This document shows positions 55,576-64,000 of a stretch of DNA of 64,000 nucleotides, in pieces. The notes beneath the pieces were generated by a model. That model was not told where the DNA came from. It searched no databases and was given only the letters and a program-made list of their open reading frames with translations. The position numbers were made by a program, and so were the translations under genes. The DNA is from a virus, in IMG/VR virus record IMGVR_UViG_3300025413_001393, positions 1-64,000 of that record; one strand, 5' to 3'. The stretch's first letter is position 1. The number at the start of each line of letters is the position of its first letter.

Positions 55576-57873
55576 TTAGATTAATTCTTGGAAGTTCTGA
55601 GCTGTTGTTGTAGCAATGAAGTTAACATTGATGAACTCAGCTGTTCTTACTGGCTTGAGATAGATGTCTACAACAAGCTGATTTTGATCGATAAGACTTG
55701 GTGTATTGTTTCTCTCATCGCAAATAATCAGATAATCATACAGACCGTTTGAGTTCTTTGCATATTCAAAAATAGGCGAAAGAGTGTTTCTGAGACGTGT
55801 ACGAGTGAAGTTTGTATTCGGTTCAAACACATAATATTTTAATGTACGTTGTGTTGAACGCTCGAGTGCTAGGAACAATCTACGAACATTGATTCTATCA
55901 AATGCTGATGGAGTGCCTTGAAGTGTTTTCTCACCGAAGATTGCAAAACCGTTTCCACTGAAGTTGGCAACTGGATTTACAGCAATGTCGTAGAACTTAT
56001 CACGCTGCTTTTGATTTGGATTGAAAGCAATATCAATTGCAACGAATGTACCTCTATTTAAACCAGCAGGAGCATACCATGGCTGAGCGACTGAATCATT
56101 TCTAGCAAATACAGCTGCTGCATAACCTGAGAATGGTACCCAAACATTTCTTCCAGAGAAGAGATCGTTAACCTTTACCCAGTTACCATAGATGGCTGTG
56201 TAGTTAGAGTTAATCGGATTAATCAACGACTGAAGGTTGTTGAAAATATCTACTGTGAAAGTTGAACCTGTTTGGTTGATTACTTTTGAGTCTTTACCAG
56301 AGATAAAGATCTGACGAAGAGGATCAAGGATTGCAACACAATCACGTCTTTGATTTTGAGCAAAGTTGATAAACTCATCAGCAACAGCATTCCAATTTTC
56401 ATTTAGTGATGAAACGGTATCTACATATGTAGTATCGTCATAGTTTGTTGAAGAATTGTTTTGTGTTGTAGCGTAGATTGTTGAAAGACCAGCATCAATA
56501 ACAACGTCGACGGTTGTATTTTCAGTTGAACTAATCAACGAAAGAACCTTACTAAGTTTGTTTGGAACTTCACCAATTGCTTTTGAATTAGCTACATCTG
56601 ATGTGTTTGGTGTATAAACACCAAGAGCGAACAATGATTTCGCTGAAGAATCTACACTAATTTGTGTGCGAGCCTCTGTATTTGTACTTGACCAGAGTGT
56701 ACTTTGAGATGAAGAAGGATTGACAAATACTTCAATTGTTTTTGATTTGCCGTTTACTACATCTTCAACGAAAGCGCTTTGTAGTGCACCACCAGTTGGG
56801 CTATTAACCTTACGAGTTAAATCAAGTGTACCAATATATTTTTCAACATTTGAAATTGCAATAGTTGTACCATCGACTGTAGAGCGGCGAAGTTTGTAAA
56901 CGCCAAGTGAAATTTGATCACTGTATTTAGTAGTGTAGAACCCTGTAAAACCAACGTTCTGAAGAGACTCTGATATACTTGGACTGTAAACAGATGAATC
57001 TTCTATTGAAGATGTAAGGATAGATACGTACGTTGTATTGTTGTTATACAAATTAGGAGAAAGAGAACCAAATCCATCTGCCGATGACAATGTCTGAATA
57101 GAAGTAATTGCATTATAACCACTCGTAGATGGGTCTGTGTTATTTGCTAAACCAATATAGTAGCCTTCCGCGTTTTCATTAATAACTGTTTGGAGATTGT
57201 TGATAATAAAGAAACCAGCTGTTGCAGAGGCACTGTTGAAGCTTGCCGAATCAGCAGATTGTTGAACTTGCGTAACCAAGACATTGCCTGACAGATCAGG
57301 AGCTGATACACTATAAAAATAGTTGCCACTTAAGCCAGGAGTAGGAGCAGATGCTGATCCAGTTGTATAAGTTGTTGTATAACCAGCTGGGTCTGTTGAA
57401 ACCCATGTAATATTACCTTGAACAATTTTATCGTGATCAGCTTGAGAAAGAGTTACATGAGTTGGAGCTCCGATTGTGTAACCAGGTGCAGGTGTTGCTG
57501 AAATAATTACATTTGTTGTATCAGCACTCAAAGTTAGTGTTTGATTTTGATAAAGAGGATAAAAAAGACCACTGTAAGCAGTAGCAAAATCCGAACCAGT
57601 ATCAGAACCGTATGGCAAACGAATTGTTGTAAGAGTACCTGGAGAGTTAAGAACTTCTGCACAACTGTAGTAGAAATAACGCTCAGCTGCTGTAGTTGGT
57701 GTTCCGTATACAGACTGAAGTTCACTTATTGTTGTAATAAGAAGAGGTTCACTCGTTGGGCCTTGAGCTGCAAAACCTGGAACAACGACGTTTGTTCCTG
57801 CTGGAAGGTTTGCTCTGAGACTCAAATCGATTTCGTTAATTTGTACGCCTGGAGATGTAATTGATAATGCCAT
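55576..57873 (-). CDS. gp18: Tail sheath protein (T4 gp18)
   Basis: SPGVQINEIDLS, RRDCVAILD, WVPFSG, PWYAPAGLNRG, KTLQ...SAFDRINVRRLF, FEPNTNFTR, CDERNN, KPVRTAEFINVNF. Confidence 0.96.
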   Translation of the reverse strand: MALSITSPGVQINEIDLSLRANLPAGTNVVVPGFAAQGPTSEPLLITTISELQSVYGTPTTAAERYFYYSCAEVLNSPGTLTTIRLPYGSDTGSDFATAYSGLFYPLYQNQTLTLSADTTNVIISATPAPGYTIGAPTHVTLSQADHDKIVQGNITWVSTDPAGYTTTYTTGSASAPTPGLSGNYFYSVSAPDLSGNVLVTQVQQSADSASFNSASATAGFFIINNLQTVINENAEGYYIGLANNTDPSTSGYNAITSIQTLSSADGFGSLSPNLYNNNTTYVSILTSSIEDSSVYSPSISESLQNVGFTGFYTTKYSDQISLGVYKLRRSTVDGTTIAISNVEKYIGTLDLTRKVNSPTGGALQSAFVEDVVNGKSKTIEVFVNPSSSQSTLWSSTNTEARTQISVDSSAKSLFALGVYTPNTSDVANSKAIGEVPNKLSKVLSLISSTENTTVDVVIDAGLSTIYATTQNNSSTNYDDTTYVDTVSSLNENWNAVADEFINFAQNQRRDCVAILDPLRQIFISGKDSKVINQTGSTFTVDIFNNLQSLINPINSNYTAIYGNWVKVNDLFSGRNVWVPFSGYAAAVFARNDSVAQPWYAPAGLNRGTFVAIDIAFNPNQKQRDKFYDIAVNPVANFSGNGFAIFGEKTLQGTPSAFDRINVRRLFLALERSTQRTLKYYVFEPNTNFTRTRLRNTLSPIFEYAKNSNGLYDYLIICDERNNTPSLIDQNQLVVDIYLKPVRTAEFINVNFIATTTAQNFQELI

Positions 57874-57906
57874 ATGATTTTATTTATCTAAAAACGGGGT
57901 AATTTT

Positions 57907-58494
57907 TTAACTTGGTTTAATAATATCTAGCTGACTATATTGAAATTCTACTGTGGAGTCAATAATATCTCCATCTCTATAAGAGTAATTAATTCCACCG
58001 AGGTTTGTTATGAAGGCATTGTAATACTTAAACTCTACAACTGCTTTGTCGTATTCATTTAATGCTAAAATAGACAAATTTGTTTGATATTCAGCGTTAT
58101 TACCGTTTTCTAATAAATTTTTTACACTAACTTGGTTGACTGGAGTACCTGTATAGGTGGAGCTTCTTGGATCGTTCAATAAAGCAAGCCACTTCCAGAG
58201 AACATAATAGTTGCTATATTGATTATCTACTAAAAAATTAACATTTAGAGGAGGATAATTTGGTCTTGAATGAGAAGAATAATTTGCACTTTGACCCCCA
58301 TATCTTACTTCGACAGCTGGAACTGAAATAGGAGGTACAACAGAACCATAAACACTTACCTGCAGTTTTTCAATATCTAACGTAGAATCTGTCAAAGACT
58401 GTTTCTTTAAAACATTAGGAAGCTCGAGGACAAGAATAAACTTGTCTTTCGACGCTCTATTTAAAGTTGATTGAGATGAAGGATTAACGGACAT
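57907..58494 (-). CDS. gp3: Tail completion protein (T4 gp3, gp19-like fold)
   Basis: LNVNFLVDNQYSNY..LWKWL, FKYYNAFITNLGGINY. Confidence 0.7.
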   Translation of the reverse strand: MSVNPSSQSTLNRASKDKFILVLELPNVLKKQSLTDSTLDIEKLQVSVYGSVVPPISVPAVEVRYGGQSANYSSHSRPNYPPLNVNFLVDNQYSNYYVLWKWLALLNDPRSSTYTGTPVNQVSVKNLLENGNNAEYQTNLSILALNEYDKAVVEFKYYNAFITNLGGINYSYRDGDIIDSTVEFQYSQLDIIKPS

Positions 58495-60496
58495 TTGGAG
58501 GTATGAACATGTTGTAACCTTGTTCTATTAAGGATTCCATGTCTAATTCATACTTATGGTCAAAATCCATATTTCTAAAAATGTTATCTGTACTATGAGT
58601 ATAAGATGCATCAATATCAACTCCTGGATTTGGTACAACATTGGGCGAAACGCTAAGATCTCTTAGTTGATAGTCTTCGTTAATTTTTTCCCAATAACCA
58701 TTTGTAGCAATTTTCATCGGTTTGTGTTGAGTATCAAATTGAGCAATAGTAAAATATTGTTCACAAATTTCAGGCTCTAAAATGAAAAGAGCCCACACAA
58801 GAGCCATAATTCTATCGTCGAAGAAATTATCATTACGTTTTTTATAAATTCCGTTTGGTTGTCTTACAAACGTTTCGAATTCTGATATTGTTGTAGGGTC
58901 GTTAATCTTAACTACTTCCAAATGGTTGATCCAATAACGCATGTTTTGTATACCATCAAATTTAATATTAGTATGAGATAGTACACCTAAGTTACGAGTT
59001 CTATTATATTTGTCACTCTCAGAAATTTTATTGTAGCTAGTAATTTTTTCGTATTGGTGTTTGTAATATAAGGCATCAATAACTTGAGCTCCGCAATTAT
59101 TTCTTTCAATTAACATAGGAGCACAACCCCATGAATGACCAATTGTGTTTAATTTATTTGCAAAGTGAAACGGTTCAATTGTTGCTGAACCATATACAGC
59201 CACTTGATGTATTTCTTGCAAATTTGTTACATCTAGTACTTGAGCAACTGAAGCTGCTCTGCCTATACCTTCTCCTACATCTACTCCAATTACGTATAAT
59301 TTATTAGGATCGGGATATTCAAACACAGAGTATTCTTCATCCTCAGAAACCCATATAGCGGGTTTCTTTTCTCGTTTAAAGCGTTCAATGACCGACGCTC
59401 CAACAGCTGCTGCTGCATCATCCAAGAATACATTACCAAACTCTTGTAAGAATTTTTCTTCTGAACCACCAAGAGCAGCAATCATATCTTCTTTCCAAGA
59501 TTCATCTCTACCTGGAACATCGTGCCAGTTCATTCTTTCCGCTACCCAACCCTTAATTGTTTTCTTTTCAGCCCCTGAATATATTTCGTAAAATTTATTG
59601 CCAATACCATTTGGAGTTGACACCATTAAAATTTTAGAAGTTTTACCAGATGAAATTGAAGGTATAACCGAAGCCCAAAATTCATCTAGTAAGTGAGATT
59701 CAATAAACGCAGCCTCATCAATAGCAAGACAGTTTAGAGTATCACCACGAATGGATGTAGCGGTTGTAGTAGAAACGATGATGCTCGAATCGTTATCGAG
59801 TGTCATGCCGGTTTTGCCGTACTCCTTAACACCTGCCTTGATATAGTTAGGCAACTGTTCGTAAGCCATACGAATACGTTTAAAAATATTAATGGCTGTT
59901 GTTTCTTTATTTGCAACAATTGCAGCTCTGTGGTCATTATGAAACAAAGCCATCCATAAAACGAAAATAGTAAGAAGAGTACTCTTACCAGTCTGTCTTG
60001 CAGCCAGTAAAGCTACAAAGCGATTGTCGACCAAAGATCTAAGAATATTTTCTTGAACAGGATGTAATTTGATTAACTGTTTGCCTTTGTCAAGAGTAAC
60101 AACTTGAAAGAAATTTTCAGCAAAATATACAATGTCTTCTTTACATTTTTTGAGATTTAAAACCATCTCCGCTGTGAATTCGTATTGAGCTCCAGCAATA
60201 GGTACGTTTTTAGAACCTCTATAATAATAAGATTCGTCAATAGGATTTTCATTGACAATTTTATCAGTATTATAATTTAAACCTTGCTCGGTTAATTTAG
60301 TATCATCTAAATACGAATCTAACAAAGCATCTTCAGATTTAGATGTAATGTTCTTTACAATTGATACCTCTTCATTAATTTTAGGAGGTCTGCCTCTTGG
60401 CTTTTTCTTAACAGGATTTTTTGGTCTTCCTCTTTTTGGTTTATTTTTACTTCCTTTTGGTCGACCTTTTCTTGACTCGATATCCTCGTCACTCAT
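58484..60496 (-). CDS. gp17: Large terminase subunit (T4 gp17) with N-terminal AT-hook extension
   Basis: Walker A LAARQTGKS, Walker B LAIDEAAF, VSTPNG, nuclease GVDVGEG, IERNNCG, DDRIMAL. Confidence 0.96.
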   Translation of the reverse strand: MSDEDIESRKGRPKGSKNKPKRGRPKNPVKKKPRGRPPKINEEVSIVKNITSKSEDALLDSYLDDTKLTEQGLNYNTDKIVNENPIDESYYYRGSKNVPIAGAQYEFTAEMVLNLKKCKEDIVYFAENFFQVVTLDKGKQLIKLHPVQENILRSLVDNRFVALLAARQTGKSTLLTIFVLWMALFHNDHRAAIVANKETTAINIFKRIRMAYEQLPNYIKAGVKEYGKTGMTLDNDSSIIVSTTTATSIRGDTLNCLAIDEAAFIESHLLDEFWASVIPSISSGKTSKILMVSTPNGIGNKFYEIYSGAEKKTIKGWVAERMNWHDVPGRDESWKEDMIAALGGSEEKFLQEFGNVFLDDAAAAVGASVIERFKREKKPAIWVSEDEEYSVFEYPDPNKLYVIGVDVGEGIGRAASVAQVLDVTNLQEIHQVAVYGSATIEPFHFANKLNTIGHSWGCAPMLIERNNCGAQVIDALYYKHQYEKITSYNKISESDKYNRTRNLGVLSHTNIKFDGIQNMRYWINHLEVVKINDPTTISEFETFVRQPNGIYKKRNDNFFDDRIMALVWALFILEPEICEQYFTIAQFDTQHKPMKIATNGYWEKINEDYQLRDLSVSPNVVPNPGVDIDASYTHSTDNIFRNMDFDHKYELDMESLIEQGYNMFIPPNVR

Positions 60497-60497
60497 A

Positions 60498-60905
60498 CTA
60501 TGTTCTGTTATTTACTATCTCAATAAGAGTTGAACGCATTAAATCTACTAATGCACTTTCGTCTTTCTCAGACGAAGCATTAAAGATGCAAATCTTTTCA
60601 CCAGTCATAGAAAATCCAACCAACGAAAAGCAACTCAAGTATTCCTGAGTCAGTAAAGCTAAATGATTAAAGTCTTTGTACGTTTGTTTTTTGTGAGTTA
60701 ACAATTCGTGTTTGAACCCTTCTAATGCTTGCGCAAAAACTTGTTCGATGTTGATTTGCTCAACTTTTGACAAAGGCATTAAATCGGAATTAACAGGTGT
60801 TGGAGTAACAACTACGTCCTGTATTTGATCAGGCGTCTTTATCCGTTTTGTTTTCTTAAGTTTTTTTTTGGACGGTTGTTCTTCCGACATTAATCTATTT
60901 AACAA
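60498..60905 (-). CDS. Hypothetical protein
   Basis: 135-aa ORF (start may be MSEEQ) directly upstream of gp17. Confidence 0.5.
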   Translation of the reverse strand: MLNRLMSEEQPSKKKLKKTKRIKTPDQIQDVVVTPTPVNSDLMPLSKVEQINIEQVFAQALEGFKHELLTHKKQTYKDFNHLALLTQEYLSCFSLVGFSMTGEKICIFNASSEKDESALVDLMRSTLIEIVNNRT

Positions 60906-60919
60906 TAGATCTTACACCG

Positions 60920-61228
60920 TCAAGCTTTTCCGGTACCGCGAATTCCGTATTTTACAAGATGTTCAATTAGAACTTCAAACGAACTCGTTTGCAAGCGAAC
61001 CTTACCAGGAACAAACTGACTACCGTCATACAACTCGAAAAAGCTTTCACCAAGATATGGATCATTAACCCAGCATGTACAAAATACTGAAGACACTCCG
61101 GGCTCAATAACTACTGTCCAAGCACGTGGATCCCCTATAGCATAATCCGTAAAAACTTTATGAGATACGTAACCCGAATCACGAAGTCTCTTTAGAAAGT
61201 AACCAAGAGTTGTAAGTTTGTTTGCCAT
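60920..61228 (-). CDS. Hypothetical protein
   Basis: 102-aa ORF in the operon. Confidence 0.55.
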   Translation of the reverse strand: MANKLTTLGYFLKRLRDSGYVSHKVFTDYAIGDPRAWTVVIEPGVSSVFCTCWVNDPYLGESFFELYDGSQFVPGKVRLQTSSFEVLIEHLVKYGIRGTGKA

Positions 61229-61247
61229 ATAGAAGTAATTAGTAAAA

Positions 61248-61964
61248 CTACTTTACAAGTCCAGAAATAATATATTTTGTATGAGGAGTTTCAAACTTAA
61301 AGATTTTAAGCTGATGATTAATGCTAACACAAATTCTATCATCAACAAAACTCATAAGCAAAATGTTTTGTATGTTCAATGGAATTGCCTCCTTTAGAGG
61401 TTCCAGAGTATGAGAAGCTGCAACTTCTATTTTAATCTCGTTTGTATTGCATTTTTGATCGTCTCCAATCTTAGCAAAAACTTTTCCTGCTTCTGTATAA
61501 AAATACAACTTTTCAGCATCAGGAATAATAGAATTGTATTTTAAAATTTCCGACAATTTAGCTTTTGTAATCTCAAAACTCGTGTCGTAAGTTATTTTGT
61601 TTAACTTGTCTTCACTAAAAGCTCTATTATTACTAATATAGTTGTCATCAAGAAGATGATATTTGAATGACAAAGTAGAGCTTTTATATTCAACTATATT
61701 AGAATTAAATTCCAAAAAAACTTCATCTTCTTCAATACCTGAAATTAAACGAAGGAATGTTTTTGTTTCAGGAATGATAATTTTTGCATTTTCACTCACA
61801 TGGGAGCACACAAGAGAAGCAAAAAGAATAATAGAATTATCTGTCGAAGGGACTAAAACTTTTAACTCATCAGTATTAATATCTAAACAAACGTTATCGG
61901 ATAACTTGCTAGAAGGAACTAAAATATTTTCGACAAATATTCTTTTATTAAATTTGATATTCAT
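61248..61964 (-). CDS. gp45: DNA polymerase sliding clamp (T4 gp45 family)
   Basis: Size and alternating beta/alpha pattern (IIIPETKTFLRLISG, FKYHLLD, IPLNIQNI, YIISGL); near gp32. Confidence 0.65.
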   Translation of the reverse strand: MNIKFNKRIFVENILVPSSKLSDNVCLDINTDELKVLVPSTDNSIILFASLVCSHVSENAKIIIPETKTFLRLISGIEEDEVFLEFNSNIVEYKSSTLSFKYHLLDDNYISNNRAFSEDKLNKITYDTSFEITKAKLSEILKYNSIIPDAEKLYFYTEAGKVFAKIGDDQKCNTNEIKIEVAASHTLEPLKEAIPLNIQNILLMSFVDDRICVSINHQLKIFKFETPHTKYIISGLVK

Positions 61965-62476
61965 TCTGCTACAGTCGACTTGGATTTCTTAGAAGGTACG
62001 TTTGCATTTTCTAAAGCATTTGCAATTCTCTCTAAGCTCTTGCTAATCATTTCAATATGCTTAATGACAGAACTAGCTTCGACGTTATTACTATTACCAA
62101 AGAAATCTGCAAACGTAAGTTGATCAGACTCTTCGCGTGTAATAGCAGGAGTTACAGGTTGGTTTAACTGATGTGTAATAACTTGAGGAGTTCTTTGCTG
62201 AACAGGTTGAGGAGGAACAACATATTGAGGCTCAGGCTCTTCTTTTGGATAAGACATTTCTGCTTCTCTCTGAACTGCTTCGAGAATCCTTCTCTCGTCA
62301 TCTCTCAAATTAGCTGATGATCTTTGTCCGTTCGACGACAAAAATTGTTTAGGATTAAGTCTAGTAGCTGGCCCAGACATAGAAGCTTGTTGAGTAGTAT
62401 TTTGATCTACTCTCAACAATTCACTACCAAATATTTGAGCTACCTTTGCTGCTGCTAATTTATCTTCTGTTATCAT
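61961..62476 (-). CDS. Hypothetical Gln/Pro-rich protein
   Basis: 171-aa ORF. Confidence 0.5.
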   Translation of the reverse strand: MITEDKLAAAKVAQIFGSELLRVDQNTTQQASMSGPATRLNPKQFLSSNGQRSSANLRDDERRILEAVQREAEMSYPKEEPEPQYVVPPQPVQQRTPQVITHQLNQPVTPAITREESDQLTFADFFGNSNNVEASSVIKHIEMISKSLERIANALENANVPSKKSKSTVAE

Positions 62477-62477
62477 A

Positions 62478-63479
62478 TTATTTTAAACCGTTTTGTATAC
62501 CTTTGCAAATTACTGCAGTAGCTGACCACGGATGCAAACTCTCCAAATGGTCTGTTACGATACTAAAATCTAAAACTTTACCGTTGCTATACAACTCATC
62601 CAACCCTTCGTATAGAAGGCGAATCGCATCCTCAGTAAAAAGCAAATTAGAACCATTCAATTCAGCAAATGCTTGCTCATCTCTACGCTTGCAAATAATC
62701 ACAACCTCAGTAGGAACTTTTGTTCGAGCCATTTCAATAATGTCTTCAATGTATACAACATTCTTAGGATCAAATTGAATTGTGATCTTAGCAATAGAAC
62801 GTTGACTGTGACCATTTGCTGCCTGTCCTCGCTTGTTAGTTGCATCTTGTGCTAGCTCAAAAGAACAAGGGCATGTTGAACTATAAACATAATCAACAGT
62901 CAAGTAAAACTTGTATTCTGTTCCATGCTTTTGACCTTCAAGAATGCAATTATAATAAATGTAACCTTCAGCCTTTTCGTGACTTAGTTTTACTCCATCA
63001 ACAATTTTAAATACATCGCTATCTGGGGCATTGTCAGGCAACTCCTTACGAGTACGAAGAGCCCTTTGCGTCCACGGATATTTAAACTTCATCTTGCAGT
63101 ATACATCCTTCGACCCTTGCTTGCTTTGAAGCACATCAAGAATATGAGTAATACCTTCAATAGAAACGTGATTAGCAATCTGCTCGTGCATTACAATAGG
63201 AAACCTGCTAAGGTTCAATCCTTTTGCATTTGGATTATCTAAAGATCCATACAGCGAAACGGTAGCAGTTAACTTTTCAATCGAACCATCTCGACGAATA
63301 AAATTAACAGGAAGATCTACACCTGATACACCTACTTTATTGATAGGCACACGAGCTCCAGGAAGAACCGGATCCACTTGAGGATCCGGTAAATCTGCAT
63401 CTTCGGGATAATATGTCTCGTCGTACTTAAAATTCAGACGAGGCATATGAGCTGTATAATCGTTATAATGATAAGACAT
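62478..63479 (-). CDS. folE2: GTP cyclohydrolase I type B
   Basis: INKVGVSGV, KGLNLSR, STCPCS, HSQRS, KRRDEQAFAE, FTED, ESLH. Confidence 0.9.
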   Translation of the reverse strand: MSYHYNDYTAHMPRLNFKYDETYYPEDADLPDPQVDPVLPGARVPINKVGVSGVDLPVNFIRRDGSIEKLTATVSLYGSLDNPNAKGLNLSRFPIVMHEQIANHVSIEGITHILDVLQSKQGSKDVYCKMKFKYPWTQRALRTRKELPDNAPDSDVFKIVDGVKLSHEKAEGYIYYNCILEGQKHGTEYKFYLTVDYVYSSTCPCSFELAQDATNKRGQAANGHSQRSIAKITIQFDPKNVVYIEDIIEMARTKVPTEVVIICKRRDEQAFAELNGSNLLFTEDAIRLLYEGLDELYSNGKVLDFSIVTDHLESLHPWSATAVICKGIQNGLK

Positions 63480-63485
63480 AAAAAT

Positions 63486-63514
63486 AATATACTACACTTT
63501 AGAGTCTATGTCAA
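63486..63514 (-). promoter_or_regulatory. Sigma70-like promoter TTGACA-N17-TATATT of folE2
   Basis: Perfect -35 (63509-63514); -10 (63486-63491) is 6 nt before ATG 63479. Confidence 0.75.
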
Positions 63515-63520
63515 TAACTA

Positions 63521-64000
63521 TTACAGATCAGCAAGAAGTTTCTTTAGTTTTTCGTCAGTAGATTCGTTAAGATCAACTTCGTTAGTAGAAGGTTGATAAT
63601 CAGTTTCTGTTTCCGAAGGAACAGATGTTGTGTTGTAAGTAGTTTCCTCTTCGTCCTCTTCTTGAGGAGCAGACGAACCAGTCGTAAGATTAAAGTAATG
63701 CTCGTCGAGCAAACGCTGCATATCAGCAGGCGTAGTACTCTTATCTACAGCAGTTAGATCATGTACGGAGTCATATACTTTTGCAATATCGACATCGATC
63801 TTAGATGGAGACAAGAACTTAGAAGAAGCATACGTAACCATCATCTTAGAACTCTTTGCTCCACCTGCTCGTACCTCACACTTAATGCGAAGAGTGCAAC
63901 CACCCTCGACATCAAACACCTTCTCGACACCAAACTCAGCAGCATCATCTCCCTCAAGAGCACTGTCAATAATCTTGGCAAGCTCCTTACCATAACGAAG
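63521..64000 (-). CDS. gp32: Single-stranded DNA-binding protein (T4 gp32 family), C-terminal part
   Basis: LRYGKELAKIIDSALEGDDAAEFG...GCTLRIK...YASSKF; acidic tail ending KLKKLLADL. Frame open to the window edge. Confidence 0.8.
   Translation of the reverse strand, partial: LRYGKELAKIIDSALEGDDAAEFGVEKVFDVEGGCTLRIKCEVRAGGAKSSKMMVTYASSKFLSPSKIDVDIAKVYDSVHDLTAVDKSTTPADMQRLLDEHYFNLTTGSSAPQEEDEEETTYNTTSVPSETETDYQPSTNEVDLNESTDEKLKKLLADL

Noticed and set aside
1-64000. Stop-codon reassignment, as in some large phages
   Set aside because: Core genes are full length in code 11; TAA, TGA and TAG all end genes at expected positions (e.g. gp13 MFFIG-TGA).
1-64000. tRNA, rRNA, group I introns, inteins
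   Set aside because: Intergenic gaps are too short and show no cloverleaf. gp17, gp20, gp23 and ThyX are uninterrupted, with no Hint/LAGLIDADG motifs.

Overview
A gene-dense segment of a large T4-like myophage genome, about 70 CDS, read in the standard genetic code. No tRNA, rRNA, CRISPR array or intein was seen. The T4-type virion core is clear: portal gp20, neck gp13, gp4, prohead protease gp21, a gp67-like peptide, scaffold gp22, major capsid gp23, gp15, gp5-like hub, gp19, gp18, gp3 and terminase gp17. Replication helpers (gp62, gp45, gp32), GroES-like, PhoH, ThyX, dCMP deaminase, FolE2 and many tail-fibre/baseplate proteins are also present. Most notable: (1) a 940-aa late protein joining three unrelated nucleotidyltransferase folds, with T4-like capsid-targeting/gp21-cleavage motifs at its start and at both domain junctions, next to a PD-(D/E)XK nuclease with similar motifs, which suggests an enzyme payload packaged in the head; (2) a 7-deazaguanine DNA-modification cluster (DpdA/TGT-like barrel, DpdL-like T-fold protein, distant FolE2) chained to an NMP-kinase-like protein, a glycosyltransferase and a DUF366-like protein; (3) a three-domain glycosyltransferase pair resembling protein O-glycosylation enzymes, upstream of baseplate genes, one of which has a mucin-like Thr-Gln tail; (4) gp5 with two enzyme-like domains inserted in its OB fold; (5) AT-hooks on the terminase; (6) promoters placed so that most mRNAs would be leaderless. 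All family calls come from motifs read by eye, with no database search.
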